From contig NC_087436.1 in assembly GCF_036321535.1 (NCBI RefSeq), positions 61,382,001 to 61,446,000 on the forward strand: a stretch of DNA of 64,000 nt, written 5' to 3'. Made by a program: the position numbers and the translations under genes. Below are positions 12,736 through 24,879 of this stretch, in pieces (position 1 is the stretch's first letter; each line of letters starts with the position of its first letter). The notes under the pieces were generated by a model, which made no database searches, had not been told where the DNA came from, and was given only the letters and a program-made list of their open reading frames with translations. The stretch is from Camelus dromedarius (taxonomy: Eukaryota).

Positions 12736-14317
12736 GCTAAATTACCTCTCAAGAGTGGAAAGGATGAGTGGAGAAGGTAGACAAACAACTTCAGTATTTA
12801 ACACTCCGCCCGGCCCTGGCCCCATCCTGGAATGGATTATTGGTCCCATCTCCCTTTTTTTCTCCCATATCTAGTTGTTCTTCCTTCATCATGTGACCTA
12901 GAGCAAGTCCATCCCATCTTAAATAGATAAACAAACTTCTCTTAACCATGCACCACCTTTCTATAGTTTTGCAGTGTCCATGAGAAAAACAAAACCTGTT
13001 GCTTCTGGGCACCCAATTTTCCTGAGCTGAGACCTAGAGAAATGTGTGTGATCAATCCTTATAAAGGGATACTGTGTGAGACAGTAGACATATCTTCCAG
13101 GATATGTCCACAGTGACTATATTGTAGGATGTTTTTATAGTGTCCCTTAATGTGGTCTGGAGTTATAAAGACAAAGTAGTGTTCATTAAAAGCAATTTTA
13201 AGGTGGAATAAAAACAATGTGTTCTGAATTTGTAGCTCCCTACTGATTGCTTGTACTGAATGCCTGGTTCATTGTTACTTATCTGGATCTATATTGCTCT
13301 CAATGGCTGGAACATTTATTATTTTACTGGTTGTTTGGCATTACTATATAAATGCCAATGCAGGCCCTTAAGTTCCTGGTTTCAATTAAGATAGAGATCA
13401 AGCTGGGATATTCTGTTGGGTGTGTGGCATCCTTGATGCAGTGGAATCGAGAAGTGTCTTAAACAAATGTGACTCAAAAGTAGCTGTTTTCTTTTCTTTT
13501 CTTTCTTTCTTTTTTTTGTATCCTCTAAAATTAAAATATCAACTGAAATGTCCTCCCACAGGTTTACTCTCTGTCCAAATACAGTACCCAAACCCACATA
13601 TCTGTGTGCCCAAGGGAAGGGGGACGTGGGGGGAAAGACTCGTCAGAAGATATTACTTGCTGCTGTGATCTTCAGAGGCTTAAATGAGTAAAGGGATTTA
13701 TTTATTTATTTTTATTATTAAGAAGGATAGAAATAGCTGATGTGGCAGCTAATAGAGGAATATCTGGAGGCAAGAAAATCATGAAATTACTAGAGAAAGG
13801 GGCTCTAGCGATTCTAATTTTAATATATTTTTTTCCTTTCTAGTGATATATATAAAGAGCTGGCATGATTTGGATATCCATCTGACTTCTAGACTCCTGA
13901 TTCTACAAGTTTGGAAATTTATGATTTATTTTTATTTCTCTAATAGAATAGACAAGTGTCTGGGAGGAAACTTTTATGAATCCTGTCCAGAAAGGTTCAA
14001 TAAACTCCGTTTTGCTTACTGACATGAAGAGAGGGAAAATATAGCTTTTTCTTGTAATGATTTCCCCAGCTGAAAGAAAAATTAAATAAGAAAAATTCCA
14101 AAATACCAAATGTGATAAACATGGCAGATGGGAGCAAGTCTGATGGACTCTTTCCCTTCACTTATGAAGGAACCTATATTAATAACTTATTTGGAAGAAT
14201 GTTGTATGGAAAACTTCATGTAGTTTGTTTAGTTAAAAGGTGTAGAGGAAGCACCAAAATGCCAACTAAAAACTGTTACATGTCAATTCAATGTCAATCA
14301 AGTGAAACAATTATCAA

Positions 14318-14522
14318 CACTCAGCCATAAAAAAGAAAAAAATAAGCCATTTGCAGAAATGTGGATGGACCTAGAGATTGTCATTCTAAGTGAAGTAAGC
14401 CAGAAATAGAAAGAAAAATACCACATGGTATCACTCATATGTGAAATCTAAAAAAAGAAAGAAAAGGACGCTAATGAACTCATTTACAAAACAGAAACAG
14501 ACTTGCAGACATAGTAAACAAT
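14318..14522 (+). mobile_element. younger L1 fragment (ORF2 end / 3'UTR start), no poly(A)
   Basis: actcagccataaaaaaga...gccatttgca...tggatggacctagagattgtcattctaagtgaagtaagccaga...tatcactcatatgtgaaatcta. Confidence 0.9.
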
Positions 14523-15302
14523 TTACTTTGCTCTTCAATAATTTGAATTTTATACTTAAAATCACAATTTCTACTTTAATAATTCAATCTGCAAAATAAA
14601 ATATTATAATAAATTAGCTTTAAAAGGGCAAAAGTAGGTAAATTATTTGCAGGATAAATAAGCTTTAATAAGTTGGAAACAAATTTTATGTTACCCAGCT
14701 AGAGACTCTGCCACCCATATGTTCATAAAAACACTGTGGTGGTTTTATTGTTCTCTCTGGCAGTGCCAATCATAGTTAGCGCTAATTAATGAAATTCCAG
14801 GGTGCTGTTTGCCAGGGGGTTCATGCAGTGGGTGAAGCAAACTACAGCAGCAGAGTTTCCATCATTTATACTACCATGACAATATTGGCTCAAGTTTCAG
14901 AAACAGTAATTCCTGCTCCCAGTCCCTGTGAGAACAAATGTAGATTGATTTATGTTCCTACCCTCTCTAGCATATTGTCAACACTGAGATGGCTGCCAGA
15001 GCTCATCATACAAGGTGCTGACATTTTCTGGGAATCTGCTTGCCTTTACACATATTCTCTCTAGCACACATTGCTGTGTTTTTTATTTCTTTGTTTTAAG
15101 GTCTAAGGCATGGATTATTGCTATTAAAAGTAGTCTAACATTATTCATCTAGTTTATGCCAATACAAAATGTTTTAGGGTCAAATCATGTTCATAAAAGA
15201 CCATAAACTTTCCTTAACCTATGTTTGTAGTACCATCAACAGCATTTAAGATTAGTGACTTTCCTTAAAATCATGCTTCCTGTTTAGTAAACTCCACCCC
15301 GA

Positions 15303-15304
<2 letters not shown>

Positions 15305-15333
<29 letters not shown>
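15305..15333 (+). repeat. T29 homopolymer
   Basis: direct count. Confidence 0.95.
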
Positions 15334-15794
15334 CTGGCTATATTTCCCACCTCTGTTCATCAGTTACTGAACTTCTCTACTCAGGTCCATTTCTCCTACC
15401 CTAAACCTCATTGTCATTGCTGCAAAGTCAAGGACTTTTGGGCTCTGTGATTGCTTTCTGGTTCCAGTTGTAGACATAGACACTCATACACATTTTTTTT
15501 TTTAAGTTATCCTTGGAGAAGAAAAAGAGCTAAATATGTCAGTTGATTGTTACAGTGAAAGACAAATACATCAGCTCAATGATGAAGCTTCTCTGTATGG
15601 ATTTAATCAAATAAATTGAATAATTCTCTCAATTGTATTTTAGGAAATCAAAGGTTATGTTGTAGATTTCTAGCACTTTTTTTTTTCCCTTGGAAATGTA
15701 AGGCATTTCATTACTTTTTAAAACAAATCATTGAGATAAACTATGGACTCATCATGATCAGTTTTACATCCTGTGTTTCTGAATAGGAAAATTA

Positions 15795-15960
15795 TTTTTT
15801 TCCATTTTTGAAAAATTGAGATGTAACTTAGGTAACATATAATCTTAGACATACACCTGGACGAATTTTTATAACATCCCTCCCACCCTGATCAAAACAG
15901 ATAATTTTTCTCTCCCTGGAAGGATCCCTTATCCCCTCTCAGTCTTCAAGCCCATCCACA
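15795..15960 (-). mobile_element. old L1M 3'UTR fragment
   Basis: aattgagatgtaactta...cccaccctgatcaaaacagataa...ctggaaggatcccttatcccctctcagtc. Confidence 0.55.
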
Positions 15961-16068
15961 GTTTTGCAGAAGGGTAACAGAAACGATTATTTTTAAATGA
16001 AACCAATTGAATGTTTAAATTTTTTATTATCTATTTTTCCCTCCTTTTTTTTTTTTTTGTCATTGCAG

Positions 16069-16146
16069 AATTGCTTTATCTTTGGAAAAAAATCTCCTTT
16101 CAGATTTCCCCCTGAAAGTTACGGTAGAAAATGGCCACTGAGCGTT
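16069..16146 (+). other. candidate 78-nt exon (alternative acceptor gives 16104-16146), product unknown
   Basis: about 86-nt AG-free zone, T14 tract and TTGCAG acceptor; GTT|GTGAGT donor; phase-0 frame open. Confidence 0.25.
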
Positions 16147-16734
16147 GTGAGTTTTGTTACTTACTAGTTCTTGCTGAATGTCTCCAGGGTTGAATATTTC
16201 TTCTTGTCCCTTATTAGGTTATTAACAGAGAGGTAGAAGATTTTTTATTTTTTTTAAAGGATTTCTGAAAGATTGCTTACATGTATGAAAGGATAAGCAT
16301 AGGTTTCCATTTGCCAATCAAGGGAGATTTTTCTTATTTATGTAGTTTTTTTTCTTTCTTTCTTTCTTTTTAAATTGTTCAGTCTCTGGGGAGGAACCCA
16401 ACTTCACCAAATTTTCCTTCGGATCTTCATTTTTCTTGACACCAGCAACATTAAACTTTAAAGGTCCACTCAGACACAGAAGAGAGAATGAAGTTAAAGA
16501 GGTATATTGTACAGCATTAGTGGGCCTTCACAGAAATGATTCAAGCATCTCCCAGGGGCTCCACCAAAGAATGAGATACACTAACAGCAGGAGCAGTGGG
16601 GTTACAGATGCCAGAACCAAGGCTTATTCACTCCTAAATTCCAACTTCCCTCAGTCCTCAATGCAGAGCTCCTAGCTTCCCATATTAAACCTTAGGCAGA
16701 GTCAACCCTGTTTGCCCCATGTATCACCAGTAAT

Positions 16735-16940
16735 CTTACAATATTAATGCTGAATCTTTGTGTCATACTTTTATGGTTTATAAAATTCATCTTCCTATTT
16801 TATCTCATTATTTATAATGACAGCTTTGTAAATTGTTATAAGCCTGTTATCCCTTTTTTACTGTTATGAACCTGGAATTTAAAAAGATTAAGGGTCTTTC
16901 CAAAGAATATATCTTGCTTAAGTAGTCTGGTTCCTCACAA
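16735..16940 (-). mobile_element. MIR SINE
   Basis: tatctcatta...ttatcccttttttactgttatgaacctggaa..aagattaag..tttccaaag. Confidence 0.55.
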
Positions 16941-19059
16941 TCTGGCTCCACAGTTAGAACCCCAGGGAATTTCTAAGTTTATTAATGACTCTGAAACACA
17001 TACTAGTTACACCCATATATTCAGAGAATAAGGGCAATCATGCAAAACATGCATCTGATCCTTCTATGGCTTGAAGTTCTAATATAGTATTAATAAAATG
17101 AGACTCAGTAGGACAGTCTAATCCTAGACAGGGTCTCGTCCACCCATTTTTATATCATTAGTTTTGAATTACCTCAGTCTGTGGTTTCAGAAATAACTTT
17201 TCCATGTAGATATTACTTGAACTTAGCTCTTTCAGCACCCCAGGCTAGGAGAATCTTTAAAGCCATGAGCTTGTCAACTTGAATGCTATTAGAATTTAAG
17301 ACCAGCTGAAGCCTGGGTTAAGGTAGTATTGGCTATGGTGGATGACAAAATATTTATTGAACAACTGAATGGTTCTAAATATGGTTTGTCCATTGTTATT
17401 TGTTACTACTCTATAGCAAGAATAAGAGTTTTGTTAATTTTATCGTACTGTCAACCCAGCAGTGAAATTTATACATTCACAGTTTTACTCCAATATTCTG
17501 AGTATGATCAGTAACTACAGGTCTTCTGAATTATTCTAAAATTCTTGGAATAAACAAAGGCCAGTGTTGACGGCAAAAACTGTGGGTGTGGTATTTCTTT
17601 TATTGATAGATTAGCAACATCAATAAATTATTAAAAACATTAGCAAAGAAATAATGAAAATTGCTACTCACATCCTTTTTTGCTTTTTCCATTTTATGGA
17701 AGTATCATAGTTGATCTTCTTTTCTCTCAGCCACTGGGTCTTAAGAACTGTAGATGGCAATCCAACCACAAAAATGATCTGGTTTGCTAAATCTAGTCAT
17801 GGATTTGCTTTTCCTAGCTGTACAAAATTATGTTGCTCTAGGAGGGCAGCATATCACGAAAAGGAATCATAAAAACAAAAGCAAATCTCAAAGAAATAGA
17901 AAACAAGATAATTTTTTGCAGGCTTTTCTTTATAAGTTCCACTACATGTAAGTTTACAAAATGTAATTTCAGGCTCATGAGTTAATCAAGAAATACTGTG
18001 AAGGCATTTGAAACTATGGTTAGAAAAATCTCAGTTACCATGGAAACAAGATACCATACATGAGAACAGGCCACATCATATAGAAGATTTAATTACAATG
18101 AAATGATAAAAGAATAAAGGCAATTTTTTAGCCTATTTGTGGCTAAAGTCCATTAGAAGTCCAGTTTCCAAGGAAACCCATGTCTAAAAACAGTAATAAG
18201 AATTATGGAATAAGGTAAACTACATTTGAAAAAGATTTTTAAAATATTTCAGCAGCCCCACAAATTAAGAAGAACATTTTTAAGTTTAAAAGAAAAGAAC
18301 TTAGAGTTCTTGTGAGAATCGTGAGCTATCCATTATGACAATAACACATGGACTTTCTACACAGAATAATAAAATACTTGTTTGATTGAAAAGTGTTCAT
18401 GAATCTAAGTTTTAGAATATGGTTGACATGGCATATTTAGACATGTTTTATTTTGAAATGAGTTTCACTATGATTTAAGAGATCAAATCATGGCTAGGAA
18501 ACACAGCATGGTTATGTCAGTTGGATCATTTTGATTCCAAATGTTGTGTCCTATTACCAAATTTGCTGATGATTTATGCATGTGTGTTTGGGCTGAGCCA
18601 ACAAGAAACAGACCATCTGGAGGGCCCTTTTGATGTAAGAATGTGAACAAAAAATACTCATTATACAATGTAGTCTCACTAAGAAGTGGATTTAAGTCTA
18701 GGTGGCCCAGAGAGTAAGCACAGTATGTTCCAAATTTTAGGCCACCAGCAGGAAGCACATTAGCAGTGGCATTGATGTGGTAGTGAGCATTTATTATAGG
18801 TATTCATATTTTAAAGGAGCAGAGCACTGTGTCCACCTCTCTCACATTGTGGGGTATGTATACACACAAGGCTGAAGCAGGTTGAGGGGTAAGAGAAACA
18901 AGACTGGTGGACTCATCTGTAAGTCTACCATGTCGGAGAGCAGTCGTTTGACCACTGGTCAGTTCCTGTGCTTTCTACGTTGCTGCACCTACTTTATACA
19001 TTCACAGTAGCAGTCTTTGTTGATCTGGACTCCTGTAAAAAGTACAGTTTGAAGCCCGT

Positions 19060-19460
19060 TGGTTGTGGTGTAAGACCAACATAGATTTGGATCTCAGCTC
19101 TACTGTTTCCTAGCTGCATGGCCTTGAGCAAGTTACTTAAACCCTTTCACCTCTTCATCAGAAATAATATCTACTGTTGGATTATGAGTATTAGTGTCAG
19201 TATATGTAAAGCAGGGTTTCTCAGCCTTAGCACTATTGATGTTTTGGGCCAGATAATTCTCCCTTGTGAAGGCTGTCCTGTGTGTGGCAGGATGTTTAGT
19301 GGTATGCCTGGTTTCTCCCCATTCTCACTCCCTAGTTGTGACAGTCAGTAACTGTCTCTGGCATTGCCAGATGTCTTCTGGGAGTCAAAACTGTCCCCTG
19401 TTAAGAAGCACTGATGTAAGTGACCTGCTAATAGTAGATGATAAATAAATGGTAGTTAAA
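19060..19460 (+). mobile_element. MIR SINE, split by MER20
   Basis: ggatctcagctctactgtttcctagctgcatggccttgagcaagttacttaa; tail tagtagatgataaataaatggtagtta. Confidence 0.75.
19212..19413 (-). mobile_element. MER20 (hAT) DNA transposon
   Basis: cagggtttctcagcctt..cactattga...gggccagataattct...cattgccagatgtc...aagcactg; TSD-like ATGTAAAG / ATGTAAGT. Confidence 0.9.
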
Positions 19461-19539
19461 TATGATAAGTTTTTGTGAGGATATAGTATGTAGTACAGTG
19501 ATTAGATACAGGTTTAGTAACTTAATACCTTTCATGACC

Positions 19540-21330
19540 TATACTTTCCCATGCCTTTTTTCAGTTCTGAAGATTTCTTAGACAGCATCTTTTCAAATAT
19601 TTACTTTCTTCTGTTCTTTCATTTTTCTCCCTCTAATATGCCTACTAAATTATGTTGAAATTTCTTTTTCTATCTTCCATGTCCCTTAACCACTCGTATT
19701 TTTCTGTCTGTATCCCTCTAGACTGTTTTGGATGATTCCTAAAGAGCTATCTTCCAGTCGAGGATTCTCTTCTCAGAAGAATCTTTTGTTTATCTTAGCT
19801 ACTGAGATTTTTTTTTTTTTAATTTCAGTGACTGTAATTTTCCTTAAAAAATTTTAATCTGTTTTCCAGATCTTCCTTTAATAATACTCTTTGTTTTCCT
19901 TGTGAGTTTTTTTCCCCACAGCATTGGATATTATAAAATAACAATTACATTGCTCTAAAAAAAACTTTTTTTTTATTGAGTTATAGTCAGTTTACAATGT
20001 TGTGTCAATTTCTGGTGTACAGCACAATTTTTCAGTCATACATGAATATACATATATTCATATTCTTTTTCACTGTGAGCTACTACAAGATCTTATATAT
20101 ATTTCCCTGTGCTATACAGTATAAACTTGTTTATCTATTCTATATATACCTTTCAGTATCTACAAATCTCGAACTCCCAGTCTGTCCTTTCCCACTCCCC
20201 TCCCACCGGCAGCCACAAGTTTGTATTCTATGTCTGTGAGTCTATTTCTGTTTTATATTTAAGTTCATTTGTCATCGTCTTTTTCTTTTTTTTTTTTTAG
20301 ATTCCACACATGAGTGATATCATATGGTATTTTTCTTTCTCTTTCTGGCTTAGTTCACTTAGAATGACATTATCCAGGGACATCCATGTTGTTGCAAATA
20401 GCATTATGTTGTCATTTTTATGGCTAAATAGTATTCCATTGTATAAATATACCACAACTTCTTTATCCAGTCATCTGTTGATGGACATTTAGACTGTTTC
20501 CATGTCTTGGCTATTGTAAATAGTGCTGCTATGAACATTGGGGTGCATGTGTCTTTTTGAATTAGGATTGCTTCTGGATATATGCCCAAGAGTGGGATTA
20601 CTGGGTCATATGGTAAGTCTATTTTTAGTCTTTATAAAAGACTCTTTTTGATTTTTCTGTTATTGATGATTCTTCAACTTCTGCTGACTAGTCATGGCAA
20701 TTCTGTAGCCATGTGGCCATGTAAAACATTTTCTTACATGCTTTATAATTTTAGTCAGCTCACTTTTGATGGTACTATTTATTTTCGGGGTTTCATTTTA
20801 TTCCTTTGATTTATGGATGTGACCTTGTTGATAATTTTGTGGTTGCCTCTGATGTAGTTCTATATGTTCACTCATTCTGGGCATATTTTTAAGTTAAAGT
20901 TTTTGCACAGGGTCTCCATGCAAGCAATGAAAGAATTCTGATTGCACACATTTGATAGGTGTAGGCTGGAGAACCTTATTTCTTGAGGTAAAGAAACCTC
21001 AGAATAAGATGACTCATATTTATTTCACGTCCCTAGTAGGTGGAGCTTTGCCAAGGGGATTTTCCTGACTTCTGACTTTATTCAGAGACTCTAATTTCAA
21101 TTTCCTGTTGGAATATTAAGACCTCAGACACAAAGAATTCCATTATACCCATCTGATTTCAATATCCTGTTACCATCATGTATTCCTTTTTCATTTCTGG
21201 TACCTGTAGAATTACATTTCTTGATTTGAATCTTTACTATTTATTTTAAATTAAAAATTTTTTTTCCCTGAATCTAGCATTTCTGTGTTTCTGTAGTAGT
21301 AGAAGATATTGTTGTCCTATGTCATTTCAG
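19540..21330 (-). mobile_element. old L1ME-type relic, interrupted by a younger L1
   Basis: T-rich degenerate L1M sequence (tcttttcaaatattt, ctatcttccagt, tactgagatttt..aatttcagtgactgtaatttt). Confidence 0.5.
19966..20633 (-). mobile_element. young 5'-truncated L1 (ORF2 C-terminus + 3'UTR + poly(A))
   Basis: ORF 20404-20589(-) GIYPEAILIQKDTCTPMFIAALFTIAKTWKQSKCPSTDDWIKKLWYIYTMEYY is the L1 ORF2 C-terminus; 3'UTR and T-run at the left end. Confidence 0.95.
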
Positions 21331-21354
21331 CCTGCCATTTTGACTAAAAGTTCC

Positions 21355-21500
21355 AGTTTAACCTTTCTTAGCCCCAGTTTCTTTATCTGCAACAATGGAA
21401 GAAAGATAGCCTCTACATTGTAGGGTTGTTGTGAGGAGTAAATGAGATAATGAATGTAAAACATTTATTTACTAGACACATAATAATTGCTCAGTATACA
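21355..21500 (+). mobile_element. MIR SINE
   Basis: ccccagtttctttatctgcaacaatgg...tagggttgttgtgaggagtaaatgagataatgaatgtaaa. Confidence 0.85.
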
Positions 21501-21741
21501 CTACTAGCATGCAAATCAGCTGCTGCACTTCCTGCCAAATTTCAGATACTCAGTAATTTATCACTTTAATCTCTTAATTATGGCTATTTGTATGTATCCT
21601 TATCTCAGATCCATTCATGATTGGGAACCATGTCAAGAATTGAAAAGTCCTAGCAAATAGTGCCAGAACTATTCAAATATCTCTACAGTCTGCAAGTCAC
21701 AGTTGATTTAAAAGTTACTGAAATATTTCCTTTAATTAAGA

Positions 21742-21953
21742 CAGTAATATTATTTGGGAGTTAGTTTGTCTTCGAAAGGACGTTGGCAATTTCTGGAGAC
21801 ATTTTTGATGATCACAACTTGAAAGGCAGAGGGCCACTGGCATCTAGTGGGTAGAAGCCAGAGATGCTGCTAAACATCCTCCACAGGACAGCCTTCCACG
21901 ACAAAGAACTACCTGGCTCAAAGTTTCAGTGGTCCTGAGGTTGAGAAACTCTG
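21742..21953 (+). mobile_element. MER20 (hAT) DNA transposon
   Basis: ttggcaatttctggagacattttt...actggcatctagtgggtagaagccagagatgctgctaaacatcct...gaggttgagaaactctg. Confidence 0.9.
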
Positions 21954-22199
21954 AACTAGGTTGTTGAACTGCTTCATGTCTCAAATTCCGTTTGTCTGAA
22001 AACCATTTGTCTTAAAAAGGTATTGTGAATTGTACTGTACAGTGAATTACTAACTGTATGTCGATTGCAAGTTGGAGACCAAGGTCATCAATCTGATTCA
22101 AAGGAAGCTTTCACATAACCCAGGACTTCTTTGGCAGTACAGAGTAAGGAGAAGTTGCTGAATCTGCCTATATAGCAAAGAACAGTATTAACAAAACAG

Positions 22200-22258
22200 C
22201 ACAACAACATCAATAAACTCCACAACAACATCAATAAACTCAACAACAACAACAACTC
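22200..22258 (+). repeat. 21-bp tandem repeat (2 perfect copies + degenerate CAA-rich third)
   Basis: CACAACAACATCAATAAACTC at 22200-22220 and 22221-22241. Confidence 0.9.
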
Positions 22259-22509
22259 ACAGAAAGACACCTTCAGGTACATATAAACACATAGCCACAC
22301 AAACAACAGCCAGTGGGGATGATGAAGATTTTAGAAGAATGAGAAATTAGCTAAGGATGTCTTTAGATTCTGAAGTGTATAGCGTATTCTGCTAAAATTT
22401 GTGGATTTGTCCTGAATATAAAATTGAGCTCCTCTAAGAATCTATTCCTCCTCCTTACCTCTTAGGGGCTTTTTAAAAAAAATTTTTTTTACAATATTTT
22501 AATTTTATG

Positions 22510-22636
22510 TTTCTGTGTTTGTTTTCCTTTCTAGAGATTTTTAAGGGCAAGTATCTTGCCTTATTTATTTCATTGTCAAGCCTTGATATATAGAAGATAA
22601 TAAATGTTTGAATTAATGAATGAATGGGTGAATGAC
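22510..22636 (+). mobile_element. L2 3' end
   Basis: ttaagggcaagtatcttgccttattt...aataaatgtttgaattaatgaatgaatg. Confidence 0.7.
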
Positions 22637-23264
22637 CAACACTCATGCCTAGGTTTACCAATATTTAGAGTGATATAGTTAAGAATATATACCCTGGCTA
22701 AGTGAGGTATTGGAAAATGCAATGAGTAACTACAAAGTGAAAGAGAAAATGGATGGACAAATTGAAACCCAGCCTCAAACAAGTTGACAGAATTGTGTAG
22801 GGCTGGAAAACAATGTCAGCAAGCCAGAAAACTTGATATATAGCAATCCAAAATGAAATTTGAACGAAGACTGAAGTAATTCCTGTTGTCTTGGAATCAG
22901 GCAAACATGACTAGTCTCTGCAAATAGCAATGGCAGACCCAAAGCCAAGAACATACTTTGCCTCTGTGTGTGTGTTTGGTGTCTTGGGGTTACGACTGTG
23001 TGAGCCAACTAGCTAGGCTTTTCTCAGGCAGAGATCAGTGTAGCATCCAGCATTTTATACTTTCCATAGATTAGACAAATTCACATGATAGTATCAAATC
23101 TCTGATGAACAAATCCTCTATTGCCACTACTTGTGTACTCAATTTAGGAAAAACTGTAACATCAATCTAGATCTAGAGAAATATACATCCTGGTGAAAAT
23201 TTTACCTGTTTGAATATTTTCAACTTTTTCCAGTTAATGATTTCTGAAGTTCTGATGTTTTGTG

Positions 23265-23450
23265 CTCTCTTTAATGACAGCCATTTAATTTATTCACACT
23301 TTAGATGCTTCCATATTTTCGTCTGGAAATCTTTTCCTCACTTTATACTTGGGGAAACTAAGTCTTTGAAAAACAGAGACTTGCCCAAAAACTTCACTGC
23401 TAGTTAGTGGTGAAGCAGAAATTCAAGGCCAGGTCTTTTTGACTGACTGT
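23265..23450 (-). mobile_element. MIR SINE
   Basis: ggggaaactaagtct...gacttgcccaaaacttcactgctagttagtggtgaagcagaaattcaaggccaggtct. Confidence 0.8.
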
Positions 23451-23879
23451 CTTGGCCTCATCTCCTCATGACCAATGCATAGCAAATTTCTATTCCTTTG
23501 GCAAATTTCTTGGTAATGGGACTTCACATTTTTTATTTTTAGTTGTTCACCATAAAATATATTTGAATATAAAAGTTTCTATTTTAAGTTAGAATTATTC
23601 AGAAATTTCTTTATGCTGTATAACACTGCTGGACACTGCAATAGTATGAAAGAAAATGGTACCTTTCTTAGGAAACAATTTTATTCCTTTCATGAATGTA
23701 TTGGACAAATATAAATGTACTTCATTTGAGAATCAACCTAAAGCTTCCTTTACACATTTTTATTTTTAAATTTCAAGTAACATGCAGATACATTATTATA
23801 AAAGATTCAGACAACACAGAAAAAGCTAAGCCCTCCCACATCTTCGGTCCCATCTCTGAATGTAGCCACCTGAGCTAGT

Positions 23880-24420
23880 TATTATCTAGATTCCACAACA
23901 ACAAATTCTCCTTCCCTTACTCTGTGATACTGCAGTTGGGGCCCCTGCCAATAATATTTCTCAGATGGCTTTACCAGATGGCTTTCTGGAACGTTTTATC
24001 AACAGGAGGTAGGAGGAGGGAGAAGGGACTTCTCTGTTTCTTCCCATTCCATTCAGTACTAGTCCTACCAGTGGCAGTTTTCCCTAGTCTCCATGTTCTT
24101 TTGACAATCGCAGAACCAGCCTCAGGGACTCCTCAGAAGTACAGCTGCACAGATGGGGATCCCCACAAAAGTCTGAGCATACTCCTCCAGGCCCCTCCTT
24201 TACATGTCTGGGTTCTTAGAACCCTATCTCTTTTTGTTTGTTTGTTTGTTTGTTTGTTTGTTTGTTTTCCCATACTGAGGATCGTAACTGTGTCATGCAG
24301 TTATTATCTCTAGTTTTACTTAATGTTATCTCTGTATTCTCTTAGCCTTGTAACTTATGTGTTAAATAACTTCTCTGCTTGCAATATAATAAATTGGTTT
24401 TCTATTTGGCTGCCTGGTTT
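23880..24420 (+). mobile_element. ERVL-type LTR (LTR33-like)
   Basis: atatttctcagatggctttaccagatggctttctgg...aggaggagggagaaggga...aaataacttctctgcttg..ata..ggttttctattt. Confidence 0.55.
24233..24264 (+). repeat. (TTTG)8 microsatellite
   Basis: direct reading. Confidence 0.9.
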
Positions 24421-24879
24421 TCTGTTTCACTCTGAAAGATAAACCACCATGAACAGATTGATTTATATCCCTATAGATGTTTTTCCTTTCTCTTTTATTA
24501 TCAATTTAATATTTTATTAATTTTGATCAGTGATTATTTCCATATAAAAAGAATATGAAAGGTGATAATATAAAAAGAGAATAGCTAGTACAAACCTAGC
24601 TGTGAAGGAGAAGACTATAGTGCCATTGATAGATACAAGCTTTCAGAAAAAGAAAAGCTGAAGTAAGTTTCCAACTCATAGTCTGGCTTCTGCTTCCCTG
24701 AGAATTATAGGTACTCCTGGGAGGGAAGTGGACAAAACCATGAATTAGTCTTAGGAGGTGTAGGGCTCACCACAGTGGGTTATCAGCAGGGTTGTATTGA
24801 GCCAGGTACTGGTTATTTAGTAGGAATATGGTCAGAGGTGGTGGGCTGCTCTATATTTTGATTCTATTTTCACTCAAGC

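Noticed and set aside
18738..18758. CTCF-like motif CCACCAGCAGGAAGCAC
   Set aside because: It mismatches the core GGGGGC/GTGGC positions.
20404..20589. ORF with real protein similarity
   Set aside because: It is the C-terminal remnant of L1 ORF2 in a truncated retrotransposon, not a host gene.
23924..24313. 129-aa plus-strand ORF
   Set aside because: It lies within an LTR relic and runs through a (TTTG)n microsatellite, with no recognisable domain.
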